Shown piece after piece: positions 1 through 11,677 of a stretch of DNA of 64,000 nucleotides. The notes under the pieces are model-generated. The model searched no databases. It saw only the letters and a program-made list of their open reading frames with translations, and was not told the DNA's origin. How positions within the stretch are numbered: position 1 is the first letter of the stretch; every line of letters begins with the position of its first letter. A program made the position numbers and the translations under genes. Origin of the DNA: Leptospiria bacterium (lineage in GTDB: Bacteria > Spirochaetota > Leptospiria > Turneriellales > CBDBES01). The stretch covers positions 1,359,616-1,423,615 of the forward strand of contig CBDHCY010000005.1 of assembly GCA_965261485.1 (NCBI GenBank). Reading direction: 5' to 3'.

Positions 1-639
1 AATTGCTGCTGATAAAACACACCCTGTACCGTGTATTTTTTTTAGATAAACATAAGGCGTTCGAAAATATTGAGTTCCTTGAAAAGTTTCCATAACATCA
101 ACACTTTGATTTTTAATTCTTAAATGTCCGCCCTTAATTAAAACATTTGGAGGTCCCAGTTTGCATAACTGTTTAGCAGCCTTTTCCATCTCACTTAATG
201 AAGTAATTTTCATACCAGTCAATATTTCTGCTTCAAAAATATTTGGGGTCACTAAACTTGCTCTAGGAATTAACTGATTTTTGAGTTCCTTAATTGCAGA
301 CTGATCAATTAATGTATCTCCACTAGTTGCAATCATAACAGGATCAATAATAATTTTCCTTAAGGAAAAATCATCAATAGCTTTCACCACTGTTTTGATA
401 ATATTAATAGTAGCTAACATACCTATTTTAACAGAACAAATATCAATATCTGAGCTCAATGCATGAATCTGCTGATAAATAATATCATTTGGTAAATTAT
501 GAACTTGCAACACCTCATTTGTATTTTGTGCGGTTACTGAAGTAATAACAGTTAAACCAAAACAGCCCAGTTTTGTAAATGTTTTTAGATCAGCTTGAAT
601 TCCAGCACCAGCTGAACTATCAGAGCCAGCAATCGACAT
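1..639 (-). CDS. thiD: Hydroxymethylpyrimidine/phosphomethylpyrimidine kinase (ThiD), C-terminally truncated by the window edge
   Basis: Manual minus-strand translation from ATG at 639 gives MSIAGSDSSAGAGIQADLKTFTKLGCFGLTVITSVTAQNT...LIKGGHL...HGTGCVLSAAI. AGSDSSAGAGIQAD and the GTGC motif are typical of ThiD. The frame stays open to position 1. Confidence 0.85.
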   Translation of the reverse strand, partial: MSIAGSDSSAGAGIQADLKTFTKLGCFGLTVITSVTAQNTNEVLQVHNLPNDIIYQQIHALSSDIDICSVKIGMLATINIIKTVVKAIDDFSLRKIIIDPVMIATSGDTLIDQSAIKELKNQLIPRASLVTPNIFEAEILTGMKITSLSEMEKAAKQLCKLGPPNVLIKGGHLRIKNQSVDVMETFQGTQYFRTPYVYLKKIHGTGCVLSAAI

Positions 640-662
640 GACACCAGGCTTTTTTTTATCCG

Positions 663-2576
663 TTATACCTTTACCTCTGATGAAGTAATTAAACTTTTAT
701 TTTGGCGATGGATATATAAATAACCTAATATAAATATTAGAAAGGGCCAAATTAAAACAAGAGAATAAAACACAAAATCATCCTCCTTTTCAGTCAATTT
801 GATTTTTCCTGCTTCAATTTCTTTAGGAAGGATACCCATAATATTTTCATCTTCAAGGAGCCACTTCAAAGAATTAATCGCTAAAATAGAATGCTTGCCT
901 GGCCAAGCAATATACTTATTTCTGATAAAATCAACATCAGCAAATGCAACAAGGCGAAAGGGAGAAGATTTAGAAGCATTTTTTTGTTCAATGCTCAAAG
1001 CAAGATTTCTCACTTTCTTTAGTTCTTTGGATTTGTCATAAACAAAATTTTTAATCGAGTCAACCCATGTATTTGAATTTGTTTTGACAATATATGAAGT
1101 TTTGTAATCTGATTCAAGTAAAAAGTTTTTATCTTTCGTAACTGAGTCATTTTGTTCAAAAGAACCAGAACTAGGAAAAATACTAAACTTTTTTCGAGAT
1201 ACTAAATCTAAAAAAGAATTAGTGATCGGATGAGCTGTATAATTATCAACAATAAGAATATCAGGTTTATCTTTGAGGGCAGACATTGAAAGTAAGTTTT
1301 TCTGATTATATTTTATTTTGAAAGGCTCAAGAAGAAAAGAAAAGTCTGAAAATAAAGTTGGGTCTAAACACAGGAACACTTTACCTCCTCTTTTAAAAAT
1401 ATAATTGATCAATGCCTCTTTCTCTAGGTCAATAAATGATTTTTTAGCCCCCATAATAACGACAGCGTCAGCATCTACTGGAATATCAGGAGGAAAGCCA
1501 CTTTTAACATTGAGCCTACTAATTTCATAGTTTTGATTTTTAAGTTCTTCTTGAAATAAGCTAATTAAGCTTTCTTTAAATTTACCTTCACCAAGCACTT
1601 CTCCATGACCAGCTGTAAAATAAATTTTCTTACGCTCACGTATCACGTTTAAAATAGCTGAAATAAATTCCTTCTCCATTTTCTTCAAATCAGATGGACG
1701 TTCAATACGCACTCTCTTTGTTGTATGTCGTTTATCAATCGCAAATTCGCTTGAGTTAATTGATTCAAAAACAACATATCCGTTCTGATCAACCGTTTTT
1801 GAGTTAGCAATATCTTTTTCTCGAAGAGCATCCACCAATGAAAATTGAATAAGAGGATTTACCGAACTGATGCTATTAAGCATCAATTCAACTTCACGAT
1901 AAAGATCATGAAAAAATGGATAAAATCCAGTAACTACAACTTTTTTATCAATGCCCTCTATAATTTTTTTACCTTCATCTGATAAACTATATTTACCCAA
2001 AGTAGTTAAGTCAATTGATACTGGTCTGAGTTTTGCAGCATAATTTAAAGAGACAAGCACCGCGAATAAAATAATCATGTGGATCGCAATATCTCTAATT
2101 TCAAGAGCTTTTGCTGATTCTGAAAAAATAGCCTTTAAACTTGATTGAAACAAGACACTTAAAATAAATAATCCAAAAAGAAGTGTTAAATAGGATATCT
2201 GAAAGAATTTTTGAAGCCCTTTAAGGCTTTGAATAAATTTATTCGACTCATCATTAAAAATTAAATTACCCCATAGAACATCTAATTGAAGGATATAAAA
2301 TAGTATACATGTAAACCCAAGACCAAAAATAAGCCAAATTGATTTTCGTATATTTCCAACATACACTTGCTTCGATTTTTTAGAAAAGATAAAGAGAACA
2401 CAAGGTAACAGAAAAAAAAGTATACTTAAAGAATAAAAAAATAACGCGAATATCTCTGAAGATAAATTTCGTCCTAAGAAGAGGAGCAAGAATCCTAAAA
2501 TAAAAATAATATTAATATTATAGATTAATCCAGAAATAAAGCTTTCGATAGATTTCAGAAACCTCATGATTGCCAC
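663..2576 (-). CDS. GldG-like ABC-transporter auxiliary membrane protein with a polytopic N-terminal extension
   Basis: 637 aa ORF. About six N-terminal hydrophobic helices precede a large soluble domain ending ...RLVAFADVDFIRNKYI plus a C-terminal TM helix, the pattern of the ABC_transp_aux/GldG family. It overlaps the upstream ABC-2 permease gene. Confidence 0.5.
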   Translation of the reverse strand: MAIMRFLKSIESFISGLIYNINIIFILGFLLLFLGRNLSSEIFALFFYSLSILFFLLPCVLFIFSKKSKQVYVGNIRKSIWLIFGLGFTCILFYILQLDVLWGNLIFNDESNKFIQSLKGLQKFFQISYLTLLFGLFILSVLFQSSLKAIFSESAKALEIRDIAIHMIILFAVLVSLNYAAKLRPVSIDLTTLGKYSLSDEGKKIIEGIDKKVVVTGFYPFFHDLYREVELMLNSISSVNPLIQFSLVDALREKDIANSKTVDQNGYVVFESINSSEFAIDKRHTTKRVRIERPSDLKKMEKEFISAILNVIRERKKIYFTAGHGEVLGEGKFKESLISLFQEELKNQNYEISRLNVKSGFPPDIPVDADAVVIMGAKKSFIDLEKEALINYIFKRGGKVFLCLDPTLFSDFSFLLEPFKIKYNQKNLLSMSALKDKPDILIVDNYTAHPITNSFLDLVSRKKFSIFPSSGSFEQNDSVTKDKNFLLESDYKTSYIVKTNSNTWVDSIKNFVYDKSKELKKVRNLALSIEQKNASKSSPFRLVAFADVDFIRNKYIAWPGKHSILAINSLKWLLEDENIMGILPKEIEAGKIKLTEKEDDFVFYSLVLIWPFLIFILGYLYIHRQNKSLITSSEVKV

Positions 2577-3310
2577 CTCCTACTCTTTAAAGAAATAATC
2601 GTAATATAATAATAAAATATAATAATACTTAAAAAATAAATAAAATGACGTAAAACAAGAACCCCTTTTTCAAAATCTCTATAATGTATGTATAAGGAAA
2701 ATTCTCGTAAAATACCCTTCATAGGTTGACTGATATAAGGAGAAAAAAAGCCCAAAAGCAATAGTAGACAGATATTTCCTATGGCCAGTAAGCTTGCTAC
2801 AAGTTGAATTTTGGTTAAAGTAGAATAAAAAGTTGAGATAAAAATGCATGAAACCCCAATAAAAAAAACTCCTATATATCCAGAAATAATATGCCCCCAA
2901 TGGCCATCTCCATAAATAATCACCATACTTGGTATTGGTAAACTACAAAGCATAACCACTAATAAAACGATAATCGCTGATAATACTTTACCAAGAATCA
3001 TTTGAGACTCACGAATAGGAGCCGTAATAAGTAACTCTAATGTACCCAAAGCATTTTCTTCAGCGAAAAGTCGCATTCCAATAAGTGCTGAAGTTACCAT
3101 CGCAGTGCCTGAAAATCGATAAAAAATTAACTGAAGCGTCATGTCAGAAGCAAGCTCTTGATGTAGAGCCCACCAACCCATAAGTCCATTAATAATCGAA
3201 GCGAGAAAAATAATTATCCAAGCCATATATGATTGGAAGAAACCCCTTACCTCTTTTCTAAGTATCTCCCAAATAGGTAATATATAAATTTGAGCTTTTT
3301 CTGAATTCAT
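2564..3310 (-). CDS. ABC-2 family permease (GldF-like)
   Basis: 248 aa polytopic membrane protein with six predicted helices. Its 13 nt overlap with the GldG-like gene suggests translational coupling. Confidence 0.55.
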   Translation of the reverse strand: MNSEKAQIYILPIWEILRKEVRGFFQSYMAWIIIFLASIINGLMGWWALHQELASDMTLQLIFYRFSGTAMVTSALIGMRLFAEENALGTLELLITAPIRESQMILGKVLSAIIVLLVVMLCSLPIPSMVIIYGDGHWGHIISGYIGVFFIGVSCIFISTFYSTLTKIQLVASLLAIGNICLLLLLGFFSPYISQPMKGILREFSLYIHYRDFEKGVLVLRHFIYFLSIIIFYYYITIISLKSRRWQS

Positions 3311-3324
3311 TTCTTACTATAGAG

Positions 3325-4104
3325 TCAATTTACTAAAGTCTGCCTTAATTCACTAGAAATCTTTTTTAATTCATCACTCACGGTCGTTTTTTGGATAAGC
3401 TCTTCAAGAGAACTGGATATAGATAAAGAAAATTTTTTAATAAGACGCAATTGCGATTCAAAATGCCGACCTTTATTTTTTAAGATATAAGGATATTTCA
3501 TACTTAGCCTTTTCAGTTTTTGCTCATCTCTTTGCACAGACGACAAGAATTTTTTTAACATTTTTATACTTTTTTTAGAGCTAAAATTATTTTTATCCTT
3601 ACTTAATTCTTTTATTATTTTTTGATAATTATCTTTTTTTTTCTGAATAATATTTAAATATATTTTATTCAGAGTTTGTTCTTTATCTACCCCACGATTA
3701 AATACACGTTGATAAATTTTTACAAAAGCTATATTTTTTTTATATTTAGTAAACAATTTTCTCATTATCAATGAAAATTGCTCTACTGAGTGTCTCAGTA
3801 TTTTAGATGCATTTGGTGGATTATTTTCCTGATAATCAAAAAATTGTGGTTGTTTAAACTCTAAAAATAACATATTTTGGCTAATTGGAGTAATTCTTTT
3901 CAAGTGTCCTTTAAGAATATTTACAATAATTTCTGGATTTTTTGATTTTTCAAGTTTTTTAGTTGTTTTTTTATAATGCTTATTCATGCTCTTAATCGCT
4001 TGGATAAGCTGAATTCTAAATTTTTTTTCTTCAACTGAAGAAATTTTTTCTTCTTTACATGAGAAAAGAAAGACGAACAGCAAGAACCATCGAATAAAAA
4101 GCAC
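3325..4104 (-). CDS. Hypothetical Lys-rich lipoprotein
   Basis: 259 aa ORF with a signal peptide ending in a lipobox-like LFSC. I recognise no family. Confidence 0.4.
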   Translation of the reverse strand: MLFIRWFLLFVFLFSCKEEKISSVEEKKFRIQLIQAIKSMNKHYKKTTKKLEKSKNPEIIVNILKGHLKRITPISQNMLFLEFKQPQFFDYQENNPPNASKILRHSVEQFSLIMRKLFTKYKKNIAFVKIYQRVFNRGVDKEQTLNKIYLNIIQKKKDNYQKIIKELSKDKNNFSSKKSIKMLKKFLSSVQRDEQKLKRLSMKYPYILKNKGRHFESQLRLIKKFSLSISSSLEELIQKTTVSDELKKISSELRQTLVN

Positions 4105-4155
4105 ATGACAGCTTGTAGATAAATATCATGATGGAAAGTATTTTATTAATAAAAA

Positions 4156-4674
4156 TTATTTACAATATGTGATACCTTGTTCTGTAATTAATATAGAAAC
4201 TTTTTTATCATGCTGCTCAATAGGAATTTGCTCAAGTATCTGCCAGTGATAACCCAAGAATATAACTTCCTGACGATGACAAAATCTTAAAAAACGATCA
4301 TAATAACCACTTCCTCTCCCTAAACGATAACCATTTTTTTGTACAAATAACGCAGGTACGATCATTACATCAATCTGATGAGCATCTATAAATTCATTAG
4401 AGTCAATATTTTTAAGTATGAGTCCCAAACCCCGTATCTTTGGTATATAAATATTCTTAACTCCCACATCACGAAGAATTTTTAAAATATCTATCTCTGA
4501 TGGAAAGGGCTTATAGGCCATAAATTTACAAGATTGCAACCCCAGTCTTCTAAACCTTAAGTAAATTTTTAAATATTTTTCAACCTCATGAAGGTATTTA
4601 TTATCTCTTTTTTTTGACTGCCATCTACGAAAAAAGAACTTTCTAAGTTCTTTTTTTTTATCAATGTCAAACAT
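4156..4674 (-). CDS. 5-formyltetrahydrofolate cyclo-ligase
   Basis: 172 aa ORF with the C-terminal motif NGYRLGRGSGYYDRFL, characteristic of the MTHFS family. Confidence 0.75.
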   Translation of the reverse strand: MFDIDKKKELRKFFFRRWQSKKRDNKYLHEVEKYLKIYLRFRRLGLQSCKFMAYKPFPSEIDILKILRDVGVKNIYIPKIRGLGLILKNIDSNEFIDAHQIDVMIVPALFVQKNGYRLGRGSGYYDRFLRFCHRQEVIFLGYHWQILEQIPIEQHDKKVSILITEQGITYCK

Positions 4675-4696
4675 TGTATGATAAAAATTATAAATT

Positions 4697-5803
4697 TTAT
4701 TTTTGTAAAGAGAGATTTCCTACTATTTCATTACTTAAAGCAAGACTAAATTTTTTTGAGCTACTACCCATAACGCCAAAAATAAACTTTTTAAATTTAA
4801 AAATTCCATGAAGTTTATAATTATTAGAGTTATAAAAAAAATATTTTACTCTTAAATTTTTATTTTGTATTTGAAAGTTTTTATTTTTAATTTTTGGACT
4901 TCCTAACCCAAGATCATTTTGAATATACTGATAATATTTCTTAAAAGACTTTTTACTCTCTGCAAAGTAATCCATATTGCAAATAAATATTTTTATACTA
5001 CTATGAGGACGATATAAAGCGACAGCACATTGTTGAAAATTACCTGAGACAGGCCAATTTTTTTTATAATATTTAACACTCCGCTTAATAATTTGTCCTT
5101 TGGGTAAAATATTGATTAACGAATGATCATACTCATTATTAGGCATACCCTTCAACAGTGTTGTTACCATAGTTTTAATAAAAGATAACTCTGTTATGTT
5201 ATGATAAAATAACAAAAGGCGAGTACCTCGATATATAACAAGACATCCTTCTAAATAAAAGCCTTCAGAAGGATTAACAAGTAATTTATCTAAATATGGA
5301 GGATTATTAGGATTTCTTAAACTTGAATAGGCTCCCCAAGCATCTAAAGGTGAATTCATTTCAAACATCAATAACTGAAAGCTAACCTCTTGTTTATTTT
5401 TTTGTTTTGTAAGAATAAGCGAAACAGGATCATATTGCAAAATATTATGATAAATATCATCATCAGAATTATTACTTAAGTTTCTAATACCATCATAATC
5501 AAGTTTATCTTCTTCAACAATTTTCCACATTTCAGAGATTGTTTTCAACATATTTAAACTATCCTTGAGAGATGTTTCAACCTTAATTTTACTATAATTA
5601 GGGGAGTCTATATCTCGACAGGAAACAATACTAACAAAAAACAAAAGTATGGATAAAAAAATTACACTACTGAAACTTTTTCTAAAAATATTATAAATCA
5701 AATATTTCAATTCAAATTCAAGTAAAGAAGATATTTGAGCCAATAAATTTATAAAATATTGTTGAAAAAAAACAAAGAAAATATGAATCATAGAAACGAC
5801 CAT
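4697..5803 (-). CDS. Hypothetical membrane-anchored protein
   Basis: 368 aa ORF with N-terminal hydrophobic segments and no recognisable motifs. Confidence 0.35.
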   Translation of the reverse strand: MVVSMIHIFFVFFQQYFINLLAQISSLLEFELKYLIYNIFRKSFSSVIFLSILLFFVSIVSCRDIDSPNYSKIKVETSLKDSLNMLKTISEMWKIVEEDKLDYDGIRNLSNNSDDDIYHNILQYDPVSLILTKQKNKQEVSFQLLMFEMNSPLDAWGAYSSLRNPNNPPYLDKLLVNPSEGFYLEGCLVIYRGTRLLLFYHNITELSFIKTMVTTLLKGMPNNEYDHSLINILPKGQIIKRSVKYYKKNWPVSGNFQQCAVALYRPHSSIKIFICNMDYFAESKKSFKKYYQYIQNDLGLGSPKIKNKNFQIQNKNLRVKYFFYNSNNYKLHGIFKFKKFIFGVMGSSSKKFSLALSNEIVGNLSLQK

Positions 5804-5863
5804 CCAAAAAATTTAAATAAAAGCCAAAGTAATCAAACGAAAAAATAGTTTAAAAAATTTTAA

Positions 5864-6292
5864 TCATTGGATGAGAGATTTACTTCTAATATCATTTGCT
5901 AAGTGGATATTCATTCGACAAATTTTAATTTTACGTTGCTTTCTTTCATATTCAATATCTGATGAAGTTGCTAAAATTAAAAGTTTTTGAAGTTTTAATT
6001 CTTCATTTTTAGCATTAATATCATCAATATATAAAATATTTTCAACCAATGCCGTAACCTGATTATTCAAAATTTCAACAAAGCCACTTTCAATAGAAAA
6101 TTTAATTTTTTTTTCTTTTTCTTTAATCACAACAAGTCCAATAGACAGCTCACTCACCATAGGGGCATGATTTTTTAAAATACTAAAACTGGAAACCGCT
6201 CCAGGCACCAAAACTTCTTCCACAATACCTTCATAAATAGATCCTTCAGGACATATAACACTAAGGTTTAACATTGTTGTTAACTTATCCAA
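5864..6292 (-). CDS. atpC: F1 ATP synthase subunit epsilon
   Basis: 142 aa, last gene of the atp operon directly after atpD. The N-terminal beta-sandwich-like sequence (LNLSVICPEG...) fits. Confidence 0.85.
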   Translation of the reverse strand: MDKLTTMLNLSVICPEGSIYEGIVEEVLVPGAVSSFSILKNHAPMVSELSIGLVVIKEKEKKIKFSIESGFVEILNNQVTALVENILYIDDINAKNEELKLQKLLILATSSDIEYERKQRKIKICRMNIHLANDIRSKSLIQ

Positions 6293-6327
6293 AATAAATC
6301 ATCTAATAATCATAAGAAATAACAAAA

Positions 6328-7749
<1,422 letters not shown>

Positions 7750-8634
7750 TCAATTAATCGCACCAGCTCCTCCGACAAGTTCAGCAATCTCTTGCGTAAT
7801 TCTTGCTTGTCTAGCTCGATTATAAACCAAAGTTAAATCACGAATAATTTCGGTTGCATTTTCGGTTGCATTTTTCATTGCAATCCGTCGAGCGATTTGT
7901 TCTGACGCAATTGATTCAAGAAAAGCTTGAAAAACACTTATTCGTATGGAATAAGGCAAAAGAGATTTAAGAATCTCAGCAGATGAAGGTTCAAACAAAA
8001 AATTATATTTTTCTTTTGAATCTTTTTTTACATCGTCGTTGCAACTATCTTCAACATAAAAAGGTAAAAGTGGAGTAACTAGAGTTATTTGGGATGTTGA
8101 CGACATATATCGAGTAGAAATAATTTCAAATTGATCAATGCCAGAAATAGTAAATTGATCAATAAAATAGTCAGTGATTTTTTTGACTTCTTGAAAAGAT
8201 GGCTTATCTTCAATATCGGTAAAACTTTTTTCAAAGGCAATCTTTAAAAAATTAAAAGTACTAACGGCCTTTCTACCTATAAGATGAATTTTACATTGAA
8301 TATTTTGAGTCTCAAGCTCATAAATTCGCCGCTGAGCTAATTTAATTATATTATTATTAAATCCACCACATAATCCACGGTTACCCGAGAAAATAAGCAT
8401 TCCAACCTTTTGAGGTGACGCTACATTTTTAAGAAGAGGATGGTTCAATTTTTGTAAAGCAAAAGCTACATTTAGAGTTAATTGTTTTATTTTTTTTGAA
8501 TATATTATCGACTGACCCAATCGATCAACAGCTTTTTTAGATTTAGCTGTTGCCACCATCTCCATTGTTTTAGTAATCTTTTTTGTGTTTTGAATCGCTG
8601 AGATGCGAGTTTTAATTTCTTTTAGGGTCGCCAT
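7750..8634 (-). CDS. atpG: F1 ATP synthase subunit gamma
   Basis: 294 aa. N-terminal MATLKEIKTRISAIQNTKKITKTMEMVA and C-terminal ARQARITQEIAELVGGA are canonical for gamma. Confidence 0.95.
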   Translation of the reverse strand: MATLKEIKTRISAIQNTKKITKTMEMVATAKSKKAVDRLGQSIIYSKKIKQLTLNVAFALQKLNHPLLKNVASPQKVGMLIFSGNRGLCGGFNNNIIKLAQRRIYELETQNIQCKIHLIGRKAVSTFNFLKIAFEKSFTDIEDKPSFQEVKKITDYFIDQFTISGIDQFEIISTRYMSSTSQITLVTPLLPFYVEDSCNDDVKKDSKEKYNFLFEPSSAEILKSLLPYSIRISVFQAFLESIASEQIARRIAMKNATENATEIIRDLTLVYNRARQARITQEIAELVGGAGAIN

Positions 8635-8658
8635 TATAAAAAACTGAACGATATAAAA

Positions 8659-10173
8659 TTAACAAAGGGATTTTTTAAAATCTTCAGTAAATTCAGTTAA
8701 AATCGCTTTAAGAGAATTTTCATTCGGCAATTGTTTTTTTTCTCGAATCTCAACTAACACCTCGCCATGATGGTCTTGAATATAGACTAAAAGTTTCTTT
8801 TCATAATTACATACTTCTTTAACGGGAATATCATCTAAGTAACCTTTCGTTCCTGTATAAATTGAAAGCACCTGATTTTCAATAGGATAGGCATCATATT
8901 GGTTTTGTTTTAAAAGTTCGACCAAACGCTTCCCTCGGTCAATTTGATTTTGAGTAACTTTATCAAGTTCTGTACCCAATTGAGCAAAAGCTTCCAATTC
9001 ACGAAACTGTGCTAGATCAAGACGGAGCGTGCCCGCTACTTTTTTCATTGCTTTAATTTGAGCATTCCCTCCTACACGAGAAACAGAGATACCTACATCA
9101 ATAGCGGGTCGAACACCAGCAGCGAATAAATTTGGCTGAAGATAAATTTGTCCGTCAGTAATTGAAATTACATTTGTAGGAATATAAGCTGATACTTCAC
9201 CTTCTTGAGTTTCGATGATAGGGAGCGCCGTCAAAGACCCCCCCTTATATTGATCACTTAATTTTGCAGCTCTTTCTAAGAGACGAGAGTGAAGATAAAA
9301 AACATCACCAGGATAGGCTTCACGACCTGGAGGCCTTTTTAAAAGCAGGGACATCTCTCGATAAGCATTTGCCTGCTTTGTCAAATCATCATAAACACAA
9401 AGAGTAGCCTTACCTTGTTCATACATAAATTCTTCCGCAATCGCTGTTCCCGCATAAGGTGCTAAAAACTGCATAGGTGCCGGATCTGAAGCATTTGCAG
9501 AAACAATAATTGTATAATTAAGAGCACCATGCTCTCTAAGTTTTTCGATAACTAAAGCAACGGTAGACGCTTTTTGACCAATAGCAACATAGACACAAAT
9601 CACATCCTTCCCCTTCTGATTAATAATAGTATCAATAGCAATGGCTGTTTTACCCGTACCTCGATCACCAATAATTAATTCACGTTGCCCCCTGCCAATA
9701 GGTATCATCGAATCAATCGCTTTAATACCTGTTTGCATGGGCTCAGTAACGGGTTGTCTCTTAGCAATTCCTGGAGCAATGATTTCAATAGGACGACTAC
9801 TTGTTGTATCGATAGCCCCCTGCCCATCAATCGGCTCACCCAAAGGGTTAACAATTCGACCCATCAAAGCATTTCCTGTAGGTATCTGAAGAATTTGATC
9901 CGTTCGCTTAATTAGCATCCCCTCTTTAACATGAAGAAAGTCTCCCAGTATCACAACACCCACCGAACTTTCTTCTAAATTAAAAACCAGGCCCATAATA
10001 CCATTTTCAAACTCAACCATTTCATTCGCCATGCAATTTTTGAGACCATAAATACGAGCTATCCCATCACCAACCTCTAACACAGTACCTACTTCATCAA
10101 CATTAAGATCTTTACCATATTCAGAGATTTCTCGCTTTAGAACCGATACAATTTCTTCTGTTTTTATTTTCAT
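8659..10173 (-). CDS. atpA: F1 ATP synthase subunit alpha
   Basis: 504 aa with Walker A GDRGTGKT and strong alpha-subunit similarity throughout. Confidence 0.98.
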   Translation of the reverse strand: MKIKTEEIVSVLKREISEYGKDLNVDEVGTVLEVGDGIARIYGLKNCMANEMVEFENGIMGLVFNLEESSVGVVILGDFLHVKEGMLIKRTDQILQIPTGNALMGRIVNPLGEPIDGQGAIDTTSSRPIEIIAPGIAKRQPVTEPMQTGIKAIDSMIPIGRGQRELIIGDRGTGKTAIAIDTIINQKGKDVICVYVAIGQKASTVALVIEKLREHGALNYTIIVSANASDPAPMQFLAPYAGTAIAEEFMYEQGKATLCVYDDLTKQANAYREMSLLLKRPPGREAYPGDVFYLHSRLLERAAKLSDQYKGGSLTALPIIETQEGEVSAYIPTNVISITDGQIYLQPNLFAAGVRPAIDVGISVSRVGGNAQIKAMKKVAGTLRLDLAQFRELEAFAQLGTELDKVTQNQIDRGKRLVELLKQNQYDAYPIENQVLSIYTGTKGYLDDIPVKEVCNYEKKLLVYIQDHHGEVLVEIREKKQLPNENSLKAILTEFTEDFKKSLC

Positions 10174-10192
10174 ATTTTACGATCTCCGTTGC

Positions 10193-10807
10193 TTATACGT
10201 CTGACCAATATCGACTGGCACTTAATTTATAAGATAATACATTTTTTTTCCAATCTTCTAAATAACGAGAAATAGAAAAATCTAAATAATGGTCTCTAAT
10301 TTGAATTTTAAGCCCACCAAATATATTTTCATCTATTTGAACATTGAACAGTACGGAAAATTCAGATGGTATTTCAAAGATACCAAAATTTTGAGCATTC
10401 TTTTTTATAAAGAGAATTAAATTTTTTTTAACTTCATCCATGAGTATCTGAGAAAATTCTCTCGCTAATATTAAGTTAACTCTGACCCTACCTAAACGTC
10501 TATCGTTAAGTAAAATAATTTTTTTTTGAATATTAATAAATTCAGTTTCTCTACGCTTGTCAATAAGAAGAAACAAAGTATTTAAAAGAGTCATTGAAAT
10601 CTTATTTTTAAAATATTTTTGAATAATTTGTTTTTTATTTTGAGATGAAACCATAGGCGATATAAAAAAATCAAAAATCACTTTTTCCTTCTGAAAAATA
10701 TCCGCAACAAACAAAATTTCTTCTTCTAATTTCTCAATATCTTCATCTTCTATGCTTGATAAAGCCTTTGCATAACGACTAGCAATCACATCACTTTGCA
10801 CAATCAA
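10193..10807 (-). CDS. atpH: ATP synthase subunit delta (OSCP)
   Basis: 204 aa with N-terminal ...IASRYAKAL, located between atpF and atpA. Confidence 0.8.
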   Translation of the reverse strand: MIVQSDVIASRYAKALSSIEDEDIEKLEEEILFVADIFQKEKVIFDFFISPMVSSQNKKQIIQKYFKNKISMTLLNTLFLLIDKRRETEFINIQKKIILLNDRRLGRVRVNLILAREFSQILMDEVKKNLILFIKKNAQNFGIFEIPSEFSVLFNVQIDENIFGGLKIQIRDHYLDFSISRYLEDWKKNVLSYKLSASRYWSDV

Positions 10808-10830
10808 TCACCTTAACCACCATCATAAAA

Positions 10831-11355
10831 TCATTTTCTTCCCGATAAAGAAACTTTACTCAACTCACCCACAACCAAATCTGTATGTTTTTTATCGTCA
10901 ATATCTACTTTTAATATTTTAGAAATAATTTGCATTGTTGTATGCACCATAGTTTCTTGTAATTCTTGAACTACAACAAATTTAGCTTGTTCTATTTCCT
11001 TTTTTGTTTCAACAATTAGTTCTTTATTTTTGCTTTCTGCCTGTTTAAGAATAAGAGAACCTGCCTCTTCAGCATCTTTTTTTCCTTGTTCTGTTAATTC
11101 AACAATCTCTTTTTTGGCATTTTCAATCTTTAGCTGATAGGTTTGAAGAAGATGCTCTGCCTCTTCTCGAAGCCTTTGACTTTCTCTAAGTTCATCTTCT
11201 ATTTTATCATTTCTGGCATCAAGTGCTTGAATAATTGGCTTCCAAGCGAACAACCAAAGGACAAAAAGAACAACAAGAAATGTGACAACCGTCCAGAACA
11301 CAAGTCCTGGATTAATTGCCAAAAGATTGAAAGAATCACTCGCCAAAAAAGGCAT
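10831..11355 (-). CDS. atpF: Fo ATP synthase subunit b
   Basis: 174 aa with a single N-terminal TM helix followed by a long charged coiled coil. Operon position fits. Confidence 0.85.
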   Translation of the reverse strand: MPFLASDSFNLLAINPGLVFWTVVTFLVVLFVLWLFAWKPIIQALDARNDKIEDELRESQRLREEAEHLLQTYQLKIENAKKEIVELTEQGKKDAEEAGSLILKQAESKNKELIVETKKEIEQAKFVVVQELQETMVHTTMQIISKILKVDIDDKKHTDLVVGELSKVSLSGRK

Positions 11356-11358
11356 AAC

Positions 11359-11598
11359 TTACTTGATTACGTTATTTTGCATTAAAAAAATAATAGCCAA
11401 CGCAAAAAGACCAGCACCCTCGATAAGAGCTGCGGATATAATCATCGCCGTTTGTATTTTTGTGGCAGCTTCTGGCTGTCGACTAATTCCTTCGACAGCA
11501 TTTTCACCAATTCTTCCGATACCAAAGGCTAATCCGAAAACAACCAATCCAGCACCTAAAGCTATCCCTAATAAAGCTATTCCTGTTGCTAATTCCAT
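11359..11598 (-). CDS. atpE: Fo ATP synthase subunit c
   Basis: 79 aa hairpin proteolipid with a GxGxGxG-like helix 1, the RQPE loop and a conserved acidic residue (LIEG) in helix 2. Confidence 0.95.
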   Translation of the reverse strand: MELATGIALLGIALGAGLVVFGLAFGIGRIGENAVEGISRQPEAATKIQTAMIISAALIEGAGLFALAIIFLMQNNVIK

Positions 11599-11677
11599 AT
11601 TAATTCTCCTTATCTTTCATTATTTTAATTTCATTTATTCTTCCATATGATAGATGAAATGTATTTTCTATCGTATC

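Noticed and set aside
9641-9915. Plus-strand ORFs inside atpA, and similar ORFs inside amtB (15035-15559), atpB/atpE (11143-11650, 12279-12461), the porin gene (13401-13691), ftsH (61793-62101) and the large GLUG genes
   Set aside because: They are antisense to strongly supported conserved genes and have no independent signals.
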